This document shows positions 1 through 8,682 of a stretch of 24,870 nucleotides of DNA, piece by piece. The notes below the pieces were generated by a model. That model saw only the letters and a program-made list of their open reading frames with translations. It searched no databases and was not told the origin of the DNA. The DNA comes from a virus (Duplodnaviria; Caudoviricetes): positions 1 to 24,870 of the IMG/VR virus record IMGVR_UViG_3300049164_000065. The stretch is one strand, 5' to 3'. Made by a program: the position numbers and the translations under genes. Every line of letters begins with the position of its first letter. The stretch's first letter is position 1.

Positions 1-86
1 ACCTGTGCGCGCGAATCGCAGCCTTCTGATCACTGGGGCAGGCCGCCCCGCATCGTGACACACCGTCACGGAAGGGAGTGATCGTC

Positions 87-677
87 GTGTCTGTACCCGG
101 CAGGAAGCCGAAGCCCGCCCTGCAAGTCGTGCGCGAGGGCAACCCTGGGCACCGGCCCGTCCGCGAGGGCGCCAAGGTCCCCCCGGCCGAGCTGGTCGAG
201 CCTGACTGGGGGCAGCTGTTCCCGGACGTGCGCGTGCCCGACAAGCCGCGGGCGCCGGCGGGCGCGAGCGACACGGAGCTGAAGGAGTACCGCCGCGAGG
301 TCGACGCGTGGCAGCGCATCAAGCTGGCGAGCGAGGCCGCCGTGTTCTGCCGCGACGTGGCCGCCCGCGAGTGGGCGCGCGTGGTGCCCATCTTGAAGAT
401 TGCCGTGGGCCTGTCGACCGTGGACCGGTCCGCGGCCGTGGACTACTGCCTGTGCGTCGCCCGCCTGGAGTGGTGCGAGCGGCGCCTGTCGGTCGAGGGC
501 CTCGTCACCGAGGGGCAGCGGGGGCCGTGCCGGAATCCGCTCACGACCGTCGCCACCCAGTACCGGACACAGCTGAAGGCGTACATCGGTGAGCTGGGAC
601 TGAGCCCGAGTTCGCGGGGGCGGATCGCGCCGCCGGAAGGCGGAGACGATGACGACGACGGAAGCGTCTTCGACTGA
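87..677 (+). CDS. terS: Phage terminase small subunit, P27 family
   Basis: N-terminal GRKPKP...EGNPGHRP motif and C-terminal NP...ELGLSPSSRGRI motif typical of P27-family TerS, immediately upstream of TerL. GTG at 87 is preferred over 78 because of its spacing from the GAAGGGAG SD at 71-78. Confidence 0.9.
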   Translation: MSVPGRKPKPALQVVREGNPGHRPVREGAKVPPAELVEPDWGQLFPDVRVPDKPRAPAGASDTELKEYRREVDAWQRIKLASEAAVFCRDVAAREWARVVPILKIAVGLSTVDRSAAVDYCLCVARLEWCERRLSVEGLVTEGQRGPCRNPLTTVATQYRTQLKAYIGELGLSPSSRGRIAPPEGGDDDDDGSVFD

Positions 678-2394
678 CGGCAGGTTCTACCTGACGTTCG
701 AGGACGAGGCCGACGACCTGCCAGTGCCGCGCGCAGCGCTGCACCAGCTGGGCATGACAGACGAGGAGATCGGCCAGGCCCTCGCTTCCAAGCCTCTGGT
801 CGTCGCGAACCAGGCGCACTTGAAAGAAGGCGCCTGGTTCGACGTCCCCGCGGTCCTGCGCGCCAAGCGGGCCATCGAGTCCTTCAGGCACACCAAGGGC
901 CGGTGGGGCGGCAACGCGTTGTTGCTCGCGCCCTGGCAACTGGTGTGGGCCATCGCCCCCGTCTTCGGCTGGCTGTACGACGACGAGGAAGCGGGCCGCC
1001 CGGTCCGTGTGATCCGCACGGCCTGGATCGAGGTGCCCCGGAAAAACGGTAAGTCGACAATCAGTTCTGGCGTGGCGCTGACGCTGCTGCTCGCGGATCG
1101 GGAGATCGGCGCCGAGGTCTACGCGGCGGCTGGCTCACTGGAGCAGGCCAAGCGTGTATTCGATGACGCGAAGCGGATGGCGCAGACGAGCCGGGCGGTG
1201 CGCGGGCGCGTGGACGCGCGGGCGGCCGCGCTGCTCACCCCGCGGACCGGCGGGGTGCTGCGGGCCCTGTCGAAGGTGGCCGAGACCGCGCACGGCCTGA
1301 ACGTCTCCGGCGGCGTCATCGACGAGGTGCACGTCCACAAGAAGCGCGACCTGGTCGACGCCATCGAGACCGGAACGGGCGCCCGTGACCAGCCGCTCAT
1401 CATCTTCATCACGACAGCGGATGAGGGCGATGAGGGCACGATCTACGACGAGAAGCACACGTACACCGTGCGCGTCGCCGAGCTGGTCGTCGAGGACCCG
1501 TCGCACTACGGCGTCATCTGGGCGGCGGAGGAGAAGGACGACCCGTTCGAGGAGTCGACCTGGCGCAAGGCGAACCCGGGCCTGGGGGTGTCGCCGACGC
1601 TGTCGTACCTGCGCAAGGAGGCGGCCAAGGCGAAGGTGACGCCGTCGTACTTCCCGACGTTCTGCCGACTGCACCTGAACCGGCGGATGCGCTCCAAGGT
1701 GCGGTGGCTGCCGATGCCGCTGTGGGACGCCAACGAGGGAGAGCTGACCCCGGCCCGGCGGCAGCGGTTCCAGCCGGCGTGGGGAGGGCTGGACCTGTCG
1801 GCAGTCTCTGACCTGTCGGCGTGGGTGCTGGTGGTCAAGTCCCGCCAGCCCGGCAAGGAACTGGAGATCGTCCCCCGATTCTGGGTGCCGGAGGACCGAT
1901 GCGACGAGCTGGCGCACCACCTTCAGGTGCCCCTGCGGGAGTGGGCGGAGGCTGGCCTGCTGACGCTGACCGAGGGCGACGCGATCGACTACGCGGCGAT
2001 CGAGGACCAGATCCTGGCCGACTCGCGCACCTACCGGATCCAGCGCGTCAGCTACGACCGGATGTTCGCCGGCGGCTCGTTGCAGCGGATCGAGGCCAAC
2101 CCGCGCATCGGTGAGGTCGTTCCGGTGTCGCAGACCTACCTCGGCATGGGGCCGGGGTCGAAGGAGACCGAACGCCTGCTGCGTGACCGGGCGCTCGTGC
2201 ACGACGGCCACAAGGTCCTGCGCTGGAACGCGGGATGCGTCGAGGTCATCCGCGACGGCAACGACAACATCCGCCCGGTCAAGCCGAAGCGGGATGAGTC
2301 CTCGGCGCGCATCGACGGCATCGCCGCCCTGGTGATGGCCATGGACGGCTACCTGCGGCGCAAGGCCGTCCGGGACACCGCAGACAGCGCGTGA
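649..2394 (+). CDS. terL: Phage terminase large subunit (Terminase_1 type)
   Basis: Walker A EVPRKNGKST, Walker B VIDEVH, coupling motif FITTA, nuclease acidic motifs GLDLS..SDL and RIDGIAALVMA. Overlaps terS by 29 nt. Confidence 0.96.
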   Translation: MTTTEASSTDGRFYLTFEDEADDLPVPRAALHQLGMTDEEIGQALASKPLVVANQAHLKEGAWFDVPAVLRAKRAIESFRHTKGRWGGNALLLAPWQLVWAIAPVFGWLYDDEEAGRPVRVIRTAWIEVPRKNGKSTISSGVALTLLLADREIGAEVYAAAGSLEQAKRVFDDAKRMAQTSRAVRGRVDARAAALLTPRTGGVLRALSKVAETAHGLNVSGGVIDEVHVHKKRDLVDAIETGTGARDQPLIIFITTADEGDEGTIYDEKHTYTVRVAELVVEDPSHYGVIWAAEEKDDPFEESTWRKANPGLGVSPTLSYLRKEAAKAKVTPSYFPTFCRLHLNRRMRSKVRWLPMPLWDANEGELTPARRQRFQPAWGGLDLSAVSDLSAWVLVVKSRQPGKELEIVPRFWVPEDRCDELAHHLQVPLREWAEAGLLTLTEGDAIDYAAIEDQILADSRTYRIQRVSYDRMFAGGSLQRIEANPRIGEVVPVSQTYLGMGPGSKETERLLRDRALVHDGHKVLRWNAGCVEVIRDGNDNIRPVKPKRDESSARIDGIAALVMAMDGYLRRKAVRDTADSA

Positions 2395-2416
2395 CGCGCA
2401 GGAAGGGAGGGCGCAC

Positions 2417-3889
2417 GTGTTCACCGACACGGAGAACCGGCTGGCCGGCACCGACAGCCCGGAGACGATGATCCGGAAGCTGCGCGCCCGCCTGGACAAG
2501 CGGGACGCCAAGGTCCAGGAGTGGAACTCCCTGTACGAGGGCGAGCGGCCGCTCAAGTACGCCAGCCCGGAGTTCAGCGAGCAGACCGGGGGGTTGTTCG
2601 ACGACTTCTCCGACAACTGGTGCAAGACGGTGCCGGACACGCTCCGCGAGCGCCTGGCCGTCATCGACTTCGAGGGTGAGGACGGCACCTCCGACAAAGA
2701 GGCGATGAAGGCCTGGAAGCGCACCCGCGCCGATGTCGAGGTGGGCCTGGCCATCCTGGACGCGCTGGTCGTAGCCCGGTCGCACGCCATGGTGTGGAAC
2801 CCCGGCGGCGAATCGGACATCACGTTCGTACCCGCCGGGCAGGCCATCGTGGACTACGCGCCCGGCACCCGCGGCGTGCGCCGGGCCGGCCTGAGGGTCT
2901 GGTCGGACGGCAGCCACGAGTTCGCCACCCTGTTCGTGCGGGCGATGGCGGGCAGCCCGGCCCGCGTGTACCGGCGTCAGCGCACCGTCAACGGCGGCGA
3001 GTGGGTGACACGGACGATCGGCCTGCGCACCTCCGAGCAGGTCGACATGGTCAACCCCATGGGCGACGAAGTCCCCCTGGTGGAGATCGCCAACCGAGCC
3101 CGCCTGCACGGCAAGCCCCAGTCGGAGATCGCCCAGGTAGCCCCCCTACAAGACGGCGTGAACACGTTGTGGGCGCACCTGTTCACCGCGGCCGACTTCG
3201 CTGCGCTGCCGCAGCGCGTGGTCCTCGGAATGGACCGGCCGACCAAGGACATCGTCGACCCCGAGACCGGCGACATCATCGACGTCGAGAACGTCCCGCT
3301 GGGGCAGTACTCCAAGGACCGCCTGCTCTGGCTGTCCAAGGTCGGCGCGAACATCGGCCAGTTCTCCGCCGCGGACCTCAACGCATACCTGAAGGTCATC
3401 GACCAGTGCGTGCGGCACATCGCCGCCCAGACCAGGACGCCCCCGCAGTACTTGCTGGGCGAGATGGCCAACATCGCCGCTGACGCACTGGAGTCCGCGG
3501 AGTCCGGCCTGGTCGCCAAGGCCATGGACAAGCAGCTGCACTTCGGCGCCGACCTGCGCGAGATCATGCGGCTGGAGGCCCTCGCCGCCGGCGACCCGGC
3601 CCGCGCGGCGTCCCTGTCCATGGGGCGCACCGTGTGGCGGGACGCCCAGTTCCGTTCCGTCGCCCAGTACGCGGACGCCCTGACGAAGTACAAGGCGATC
3701 GGCGTCCCCGACGAGGCCCTGTGGCGGATGATCCCCGGTGTCCGGCCCGAGCAGGTCGAGGAGTGGATCCGGCTGCGCGACGAGCAGGCCGCCGCCGCGG
3801 CGCAGGCCGCCGCCACGGCATTCGGCTCGTTCGGGCCGAAGGAGACCGACGCTGACGACGAGGACGACGCGGAGGGTGAAGCGGCATGA
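2417..3889 (+). CDS. Portal protein (SPP1 gp6-like, actinophage type)
   Basis: Follows terL, 490 aa. NWCKTVPDTLRERL, VPLVEIAN, SEI...PLQD, PQR, TPPQYL and ADALESAESGLVAK motifs match actinophage portals. SD GGAAGGGAGG. Confidence 0.9.
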   Translation: MFTDTENRLAGTDSPETMIRKLRARLDKRDAKVQEWNSLYEGERPLKYASPEFSEQTGGLFDDFSDNWCKTVPDTLRERLAVIDFEGEDGTSDKEAMKAWKRTRADVEVGLAILDALVVARSHAMVWNPGGESDITFVPAGQAIVDYAPGTRGVRRAGLRVWSDGSHEFATLFVRAMAGSPARVYRRQRTVNGGEWVTRTIGLRTSEQVDMVNPMGDEVPLVEIANRARLHGKPQSEIAQVAPLQDGVNTLWAHLFTAADFAALPQRVVLGMDRPTKDIVDPETGDIIDVENVPLGQYSKDRLLWLSKVGANIGQFSAADLNAYLKVIDQCVRHIAAQTRTPPQYLLGEMANIAADALESAESGLVAKAMDKQLHFGADLREIMRLEALAAGDPARAASLSMGRTVWRDAQFRSVAQYADALTKYKAIGVPDEALWRMIPGVRPEQVEEWIRLRDEQAAAAAQAAATAFGSFGPKETDADDEDDAEGEAA

Positions 3890-4866
3890 GCGACGCCGCT
3901 GACGCCCGCTACCGGCAAGTGCAGTCCCTCGCCCTGGCCGTCGTCGCCCGCGTGCAGTCCATCTGGTCGGGCCTGGCCGCAGAGAACATCCTGGCCTCCC
4001 TGCAAGGCGACCAGGGCGCGGCCATCCTGGACGCGGTCGTCGCCGGGCAACTCACCGCGGCGCAGGGCGCCCAGGCGTTCGTCGGCCAGGCCATGGCCGA
4101 GCGAGGCGCGGCCGCGCGGATGGCCGCCGAGGTCACCCCATCAGCGCTCGCCGGAGTCGCCTCCGACGGGCGGCCGCTGACGACGCTGCTGTACGTCCCC
4201 GCCATCACCACCTACACCACGCTGGCGGCCGGCGCCGACCCGGCCACCGCGCTGCTGGCGGGCATGAACCAGATGGCGCGGATGGTGGCCACACAGATCT
4301 CGGACACCTCGCGGGCCGCGACCCAGGTGGCGATGGTGACGCATCGCCGCTGCATCGCCTACGTGCGGGTGGTGAAGCTGCCGGCGTGCGGAAGGTGCAT
4401 CATCCTGGCCGGCCGTCAGTACAGCTACAGCACCGGCTTCCGGCGGCATCCGAAGTGCGACTGCGGCATGGACCCCATCGACATCGAGCGATGGGGCGAA
4501 GTGCCCAGCCCCGAGCGGCTGGTGGCGCAGATGAGCCCGCAGGAACAGCGGCGGCGACTCGGCGCGGCCGCCGTCGACGCCCTCGACAAGGGCGCGGACC
4601 TCGCGCAGGTCGTCAACGCCCGCAAGGGCATGCAGACGATGACCATCGACGGCCGCAAGGTGAAGACGACCACCGAGGCCACCACGCTGCGCGGCATCGC
4701 AGGCAAGCGCCTTGCCGTGGACCTGGGCGCGGACAAGCTCCCCCGGGAGCGCTACCGACGCTCCAACGCCCCGAGGCTCATGCCGGAGGAGATCCTCCAC
4801 CAGACCAAGGACAGCAGCCGTGACGAGCAGCTGAAGCTGCTGAAGCTGCACGGCTACATCTACTGA
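3886..4866 (+). CDS. Minor head / head morphogenesis protein (MuF-like)
   Basis: Lies between portal and scaffold with an ATGA overlap. Carries ACGRCIILAG and RHPKCDC Cys/His motifs typical of MuF-like proteins. No evident toxin extension. Confidence 0.75.
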   Translation: MSDAADARYRQVQSLALAVVARVQSIWSGLAAENILASLQGDQGAAILDAVVAGQLTAAQGAQAFVGQAMAERGAAARMAAEVTPSALAGVASDGRPLTTLLYVPAITTYTTLAAGADPATALLAGMNQMARMVATQISDTSRAATQVAMVTHRRCIAYVRVVKLPACGRCIILAGRQYSYSTGFRRHPKCDCGMDPIDIERWGEVPSPERLVAQMSPQEQRRRLGAAAVDALDKGADLAQVVNARKGMQTMTIDGRKVKTTTEATTLRGIAGKRLAVDLGADKLPRERYRRSNAPRLMPEEILHQTKDSSRDEQLKLLKLHGYIY

Positions 4867-4869
4867 CTT

Positions 4870-4938
4870 CCGGGCGCGAGGCCCGGGTGCGCGCGGCGCG
4901 ACGCCGCGCGGAACACCGAAGGAGGAGCGCGATGCTCC
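4870..4938 (+). promoter_or_regulatory. Three tandem RNA hairpins with GCGAN loops; the third sequesters the scaffold SD and start codon
   Basis: CCGGGC-GCGAG-GCCCGG (4870-4886), CGCGCGGC-GCGAC-GCCGCGCG (4890-4910) and GGAGC-GCGAT-GCTCC (4924-4938, ATG at 4932). Confidence 0.65.
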
Positions 4939-5639
4939 GCACACGCAAGAACACCCTGTCCACCATCGGCGGCTGGGCCCACCCGTACCCCACTGGCCCT
5001 TTCGACCCGTACCTCTACGCCGACGGAGGGGACGGCGGCGGCTCCGGATCCGGCAGCGGCAGCGGTGACGGGGGCGGCTCCGAAGGCGGGGACGGCGGCG
5101 ACGGCGGCTCCGGAGACGGGGACGACGACAAGCTGGGCGAGGGCGGCAGGAAGGCCCTACAGGCGGAGCGCGACGCCCGCCAGGCGGCCGAAGCCAAGGT
5201 CAAGGAGCTTGAGGCGAAGCTGTCCCGCAAGCCGAAGCCGGACGGCGGCAAGGGCGGCGACGGCAAGGGCGATCCTGCGCCGGACGTCGAGTCGATCAAG
5301 AAGGAGCTGCGCGAGGAGCTCACCGCTGACACCAACGCCCGCCTGGTGCGCGCCGAGGTGAAGGCCGCTGCGGCGGGCAAGCTCGCCGACCCGTCCGACG
5401 CCCCGAAGTTCATCGACCTGGCGAAGATCAAGATCGGCGAGGACGGGGAGCCCGACGCTAAGCAGATCAAGAAGGCGATCGAGGAACTGCTGAAGGACAA
5501 GCCGTACCTGGCCGCCAACGGCGCCGGGCAGGGCTGGGGCGACGTCGGCGGCGGCGGCCACTCCACCCCGCCGGCCGAAGTGGAGCCCGGCCTGGGGCGC
5601 CTGCGGCACGCCTACGCCACCGAGTCCAAGACCAAGTAA
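4932..5639 (+). CDS. Capsid scaffolding protein
   Basis: ATG 4932 after GAAGGAGGAG. Gly/Asp-rich N-terminus, LGEGGRKALQAER coiled coil, AAAAGKLADPSDA and ELLKDKPYLAA motifs typical of actinophage scaffolds. Directly precedes the capsid gene. Confidence 0.88.
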   Translation: MLRTRKNTLSTIGGWAHPYPTGPFDPYLYADGGDGGGSGSGSGSGDGGGSEGGDGGDGGSGDGDDDKLGEGGRKALQAERDARQAAEAKVKELEAKLSRKPKPDGGKGGDGKGDPAPDVESIKKELREELTADTNARLVRAEVKAAAAGKLADPSDAPKFIDLAKIKIGEDGEPDAKQIKKAIEELLKDKPYLAANGAGQGWGDVGGGGHSTPPAEVEPGLGRLRHAYATESKTK

Positions 5640-5681
5640 CCGGCCCGCGCAGCGGGTCTCACCTGTGAAGGAGGGCCCGCT

Positions 5682-6629
5682 GTGGCCGTCACTCTCGTCG
5701 AGGCAGCCAAGCTGTCTCAGACCAGCCTTCAGCGCGGCGTCATCGAGACGTTCGTGCAGGAGTCCAGCATCCTGGACCGAATCCCGTTCCTGACCATCGA
5801 GGGCAACGCCTACGCCTACAACGAGGAGGCCACGCTGCCCGGCGTCGCCTTCCGTTCGGTCAACGAGGCGTACACCGAGTCGACCGGCACGGTGAACCAG
5901 AAGTCCGAGTCTCTGGTGATCCTCGGTGGCGACGCCGACGTGGACAAGTTCATCGTCCGCACCCGCGGCAACCTGAACGACCAGCGCGCCACGCAGACCC
6001 GCATGAAGGTCAAGGCCGCCTCCTACAAGTTCCAGGACGCCTTCTTCAACGGCGACGTCGCCGTGGACCCCAAGGGCTTCGACGGCCTGAAGAAGAGGCT
6101 GGTGGGCGCCCAGGTCATCGACGCCGCGACCAACGGCATGGGCCCGGTCGCCGGGGGACACGACTTCTTCGACGTCCTGGACACGGCCATTGCGCGCGTG
6201 CCCGGCGTCAACGGCTCCAACGGCGCCATCTACGCCAACTCCGCGGCGATCGCCCGCATCAAGTCCTCGGCTCGGCGCCTGGGCGGGGTGGAGATGGTCC
6301 GCGAGGCCCTGACCCAGAAGATGATCCCGACCTACAACGGGATCCCCCTGCTGGACCCGGGCCAGACGGCGGCCGGCGCCGACATCCTGCCGCAGACCGA
6401 GACCCAGGGCACCGCGGCCGGTACGGCATCGTCGATCTACGTCGTGAAGTTCGGCCAGGACGAGGGCGACAAGGCCGTCACTGGGCTGACCAACGGCGGC
6501 GTCCAGGCCTACGACCTGGGCGAGCTTCAGGAGAAGCCCGCGTACCGCACGCGCATCGAGTTCTACACCGGCCTCGCTGTTTTCGGCGGCAAGGCCGCCG
6601 CCCGCATCCGCGGCGTCCTGAACACCTGA
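5682..6629 (+). CDS. Major capsid protein (HK97 fold)
   Basis: 315 aa after the scaffold, strong SD (GAAGGAGG). ESSILDRIPF, FFNGD...PKGFDGL, YNGIP and C-terminal GLAVFGGKAAARIRGV pattern of HK97-fold capsids. Confidence 0.9.
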   Translation: MAVTLVEAAKLSQTSLQRGVIETFVQESSILDRIPFLTIEGNAYAYNEEATLPGVAFRSVNEAYTESTGTVNQKSESLVILGGDADVDKFIVRTRGNLNDQRATQTRMKVKAASYKFQDAFFNGDVAVDPKGFDGLKKRLVGAQVIDAATNGMGPVAGGHDFFDVLDTAIARVPGVNGSNGAIYANSAAIARIKSSARRLGGVEMVREALTQKMIPTYNGIPLLDPGQTAAGADILPQTETQGTAAGTASSIYVVKFGQDEGDKAVTGLTNGGVQAYDLGELQEKPAYRTRIEFYTGLAVFGGKAAARIRGVLNT

Positions 6630-6648
6630 CCCGAGAGGAGACGGCCCC

Positions 6649-6978
6649 ATGGCTGCGAGCAAGAACACCGGTACGCCGGACGAGACCAGGCTGGACGAGC
6701 ACCTCGACAAGCCGTCGACCACCGCCCCGGGCGACGGGCCGGCGGACACCACCGATCCCGACGAGCGCGCATCCTCGGCAACGCCCGACAAGGGCGCGGC
6801 GGCCCGGGCCGGGCACGGCACCGTCAACGCCGTCGTGCCGCTGCCGAAGAGGAAGGCCGCGGCGGCCCGCCAGGGCAAGGACCGCACCGAGACCTACAGC
6901 GCGGTGAAGCCCGACGGGACCGAGGTGACCGTCGAGCGGAACATCGAGACGGGCGAGTCGTCCGTCACGGGGGGCTGA
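6649..6978 (+). CDS. Small virion-associated protein of unknown function
   Basis: SD GAGAGGAG, good codon bias, fills the gap between capsid and adaptor. Low-complexity N-terminus and short beta-rich C-terminus. Confidence 0.7.
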   Translation: MAASKNTGTPDETRLDEHLDKPSTTAPGDGPADTTDPDERASSATPDKGAAARAGHGTVNAVVPLPKRKAAAARQGKDRTETYSAVKPDGTEVTVERNIETGESSVTGG

Positions 6979-6979
6979 G

Positions 6980-7540
6980 ATGCCGCTGCCTCCGCTGGCC
7001 ACCGTCGAGCAGCTGGAGGACTGGTTGCAGGTGCCGCGGGGCAGCGCTCCCGTCAACACGGTGAACCTGGCCCTGGGCATCGCCTCGGACATGGTCCGGC
7101 GCGAGGCCAAGACCACGTTCACCGTGCGCACCGCGACCACTTGGCGGCTCATCGAGGACGGCCGGATCCTGCTCGCTGGGCCGGTCCAGTCCGTCGGCGA
7201 GATCGTCATGGACGACAACGCCCTGATCGAGGACACCGACTGGCGACTGGAAGGCGACAGCGTCCAGTTGCTCAACGCCTACCGGTGGCGCTCGTGCCGG
7301 CGGGCGCGCGTCACGTGGACGTTCGGCTGGCCGGTCGTGCCCATGGAGGTCGTGGGCCTGGTCCTCGATGTCACCGCGCGGGCGTGCGTGAACCCCAAGA
7401 ACCTCCGCCAGGAGTCGACTGGGCAGCGCGCGGTGACGTTCGCGTCCGAGACGCTGGCCACGTCGCTGGCCGAGGTGGAGAAGGACAAGCTGGCCCGCTA
7501 CCGGCCCAGTGCTTCTCTCACCTCGCGCTTCGGGAGGTGA
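6980..7540 (+). CDS. Head-to-tail adaptor
   Basis: PLATVEQLEDWL N-terminus, VTWTFGW..VP, NPKNLRQES and EKDKLARYR C-terminus typical of actinophage adaptors. Synteny fits. Confidence 0.8.
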   Translation: MPLPPLATVEQLEDWLQVPRGSAPVNTVNLALGIASDMVRREAKTTFTVRTATTWRLIEDGRILLAGPVQSVGEIVMDDNALIEDTDWRLEGDSVQLLNAYRWRSCRRARVTWTFGWPVVPMEVVGLVLDVTARACVNPKNLRQESTGQRAVTFASETLATSLAEVEKDKLARYRPSASLTSRFGR

Positions 7541-7543
7541 CCC

Positions 7544-7885
7544 GTGTTCGGTCAGTCGCCGCTGATGGACCAGACCGTCACGCACATCCCTCGCCACTAC
7601 GGGGAGGACGACCGCGGTAACGACGCCTGGATCGAGGACACCCCGGTCGAGGTCGAGAACTGCTCTGTGCAGCCGCTCGACTCGGCGGAGTACCTGACCA
7701 GCGCATCCGACCGGATCGTCTCGCGCTGGCAGTTCTTCGGCCCGCCCGGGATGGGGCTGAAGGCCACCGACCTGATCGAGGTCGACGGCGACAAGTACGA
7801 GGTCGACGGCAAGCCGGGGCTGGCCCGGTCCATCTCCCCGTTCCTCACCCACACCTCCGCCGTGCTGAAGGAGTTCACGGGATGA
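7544..7885 (+). CDS. Head-to-tail stopper / head closure protein
   Basis: DDRGN, CSVQP and DLIEVDGDKYEVDGKP motifs, 113 aa, synteny. Confidence 0.8.
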   Translation: MFGQSPLMDQTVTHIPRHYGEDDRGNDAWIEDTPVEVENCSVQPLDSAEYLTSASDRIVSRWQFFGPPGMGLKATDLIEVDGDKYEVDGKPGLARSISPFLTHTSAVLKEFTG

Positions 7886-8220
7886 GCAGACGTCCACGGA
7901 TCAGGTTCGACGAGCGCGGCCTGACCGCCATCATGCGGCTGCCCGAGGTCCGGGCCGCCCTGCACAACAAGGCCGAGGAGATCGCCGCCCGGGCCAGGCC
8001 CATCGCCGCCTCTGAGATCGACGACGACTTCGCCTCTGAGATCCGTGTGCAGGACGAGACCCGCCCCTCCGGTCGTCCGGTGTCCAAGGTCATCGCCACC
8101 CGCGACGACGCACCCGACCACGAATGGGGCAGCACCAACACCCAGCGCCGCCGGGTGCTGGGCCGGGCGGCCGGCGTCCAGCCGGAGACCATCTTCCGGG
8201 ACCGGGCGGACCGGCCATGA
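7882..8220 (+). CDS. Neck / tail completion protein (HK97 gp10-like)
   Basis: HEWGSTNTQRRRVLGRAA resembles the E(F/W)GT...LxRA motif. Lies between stopper and tail terminator with ATGA overlaps. Confidence 0.65.
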   Translation: MSRRPRIRFDERGLTAIMRLPEVRAALHNKAEEIAARARPIAASEIDDDFASEIRVQDETRPSGRPVSKVIATRDDAPDHEWGSTNTQRRRVLGRAAGVQPETIFRDRADRP

Positions 8221-8621
8221 CTTGGCCGGAGATGGACTGGGGCGACGTCGAGGAGGCCGCCGCGGTGTGGCTGCGCTCCCGGCATGCGGGCGTGCGCGTC
8301 GCCAACGAGCTGCCCGCCGACCTCGATAAGAAGCTGCCGCTGATCCAGGTGCAGGTCACCCCGGGGGGCGGCGAGGACGGCACCACCGGCGTCACGCTGA
8401 TGGACGTGGCCACGTTCGCGGCCACCCGAACCCAGATGTGGGACCTGGCCCGCGCCGTCCACACCAGCATGCTCGCCCTCGCCGGCCAGTACGTCGGAGC
8501 CCTGGTCATCGACACCGTCTCCAGCGACAGCAGGCCCGCTCCCGTCGACTACGGCAACCCGGCCGTGCGCCGGGCGGTCGCCACCTACCGGCTCACCAGC
8601 CGCGCCCAGGCGCCCGCCTGA
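8217..8621 (+). CDS. Tail terminator protein
   Basis: ATG 8217 overlaps the upstream TGA. DVEEAAAVWL, LPLIQVQVTPGG, DVATFAATR and RRAVATYRL pattern. Precedes the major tail gene. Confidence 0.8.
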   Translation: MTWPEMDWGDVEEAAAVWLRSRHAGVRVANELPADLDKKLPLIQVQVTPGGGEDGTTGVTLMDVATFAATRTQMWDLARAVHTSMLALAGQYVGALVIDTVSSDSRPAPVDYGNPAVRRAVATYRLTSRAQAPA

Positions 8622-8640
8622 CGCGCACGCAACCATCCAC

Positions 8641-8669
8641 GCCCCCGCCCGCGCGGGGGCTTCGTCATG
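8641..8669 (+). terminator. Terminator-like hairpin upstream of the major tail gene
   Basis: GCCCCCGC-CCGC-GCGGGGGC (8-bp stem) followed by TTCGTCATG. The U tract is short. Confidence 0.55.
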
Positions 8670-8682
8670 GAAGGGGGCCGCG

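Noticed and set aside
3886-4866. MuF-like protein as a possible polymorphic toxin carrier
   Set aside because: Only 326 aa, with no recognisable C-terminal toxin domain and no downstream immunity-like ORF. The scaffold leader follows immediately.
5022-5130. GGCGGC/GACGGC-rich repeats in the scaffold gene
   Set aside because: They encode a low-complexity Gly/Asp/Ser linker and are not a CRISPR array or DNA-level repeat element.
5637-5684. Scaffold and capsid are in the same frame, separated by one TAA and 14 sense codons (possible readthrough fusion)
   Set aside because: In-frame arrangement has a 1-in-3 chance, TAA is the least leaky stop, and the capsid has its own strong SD.
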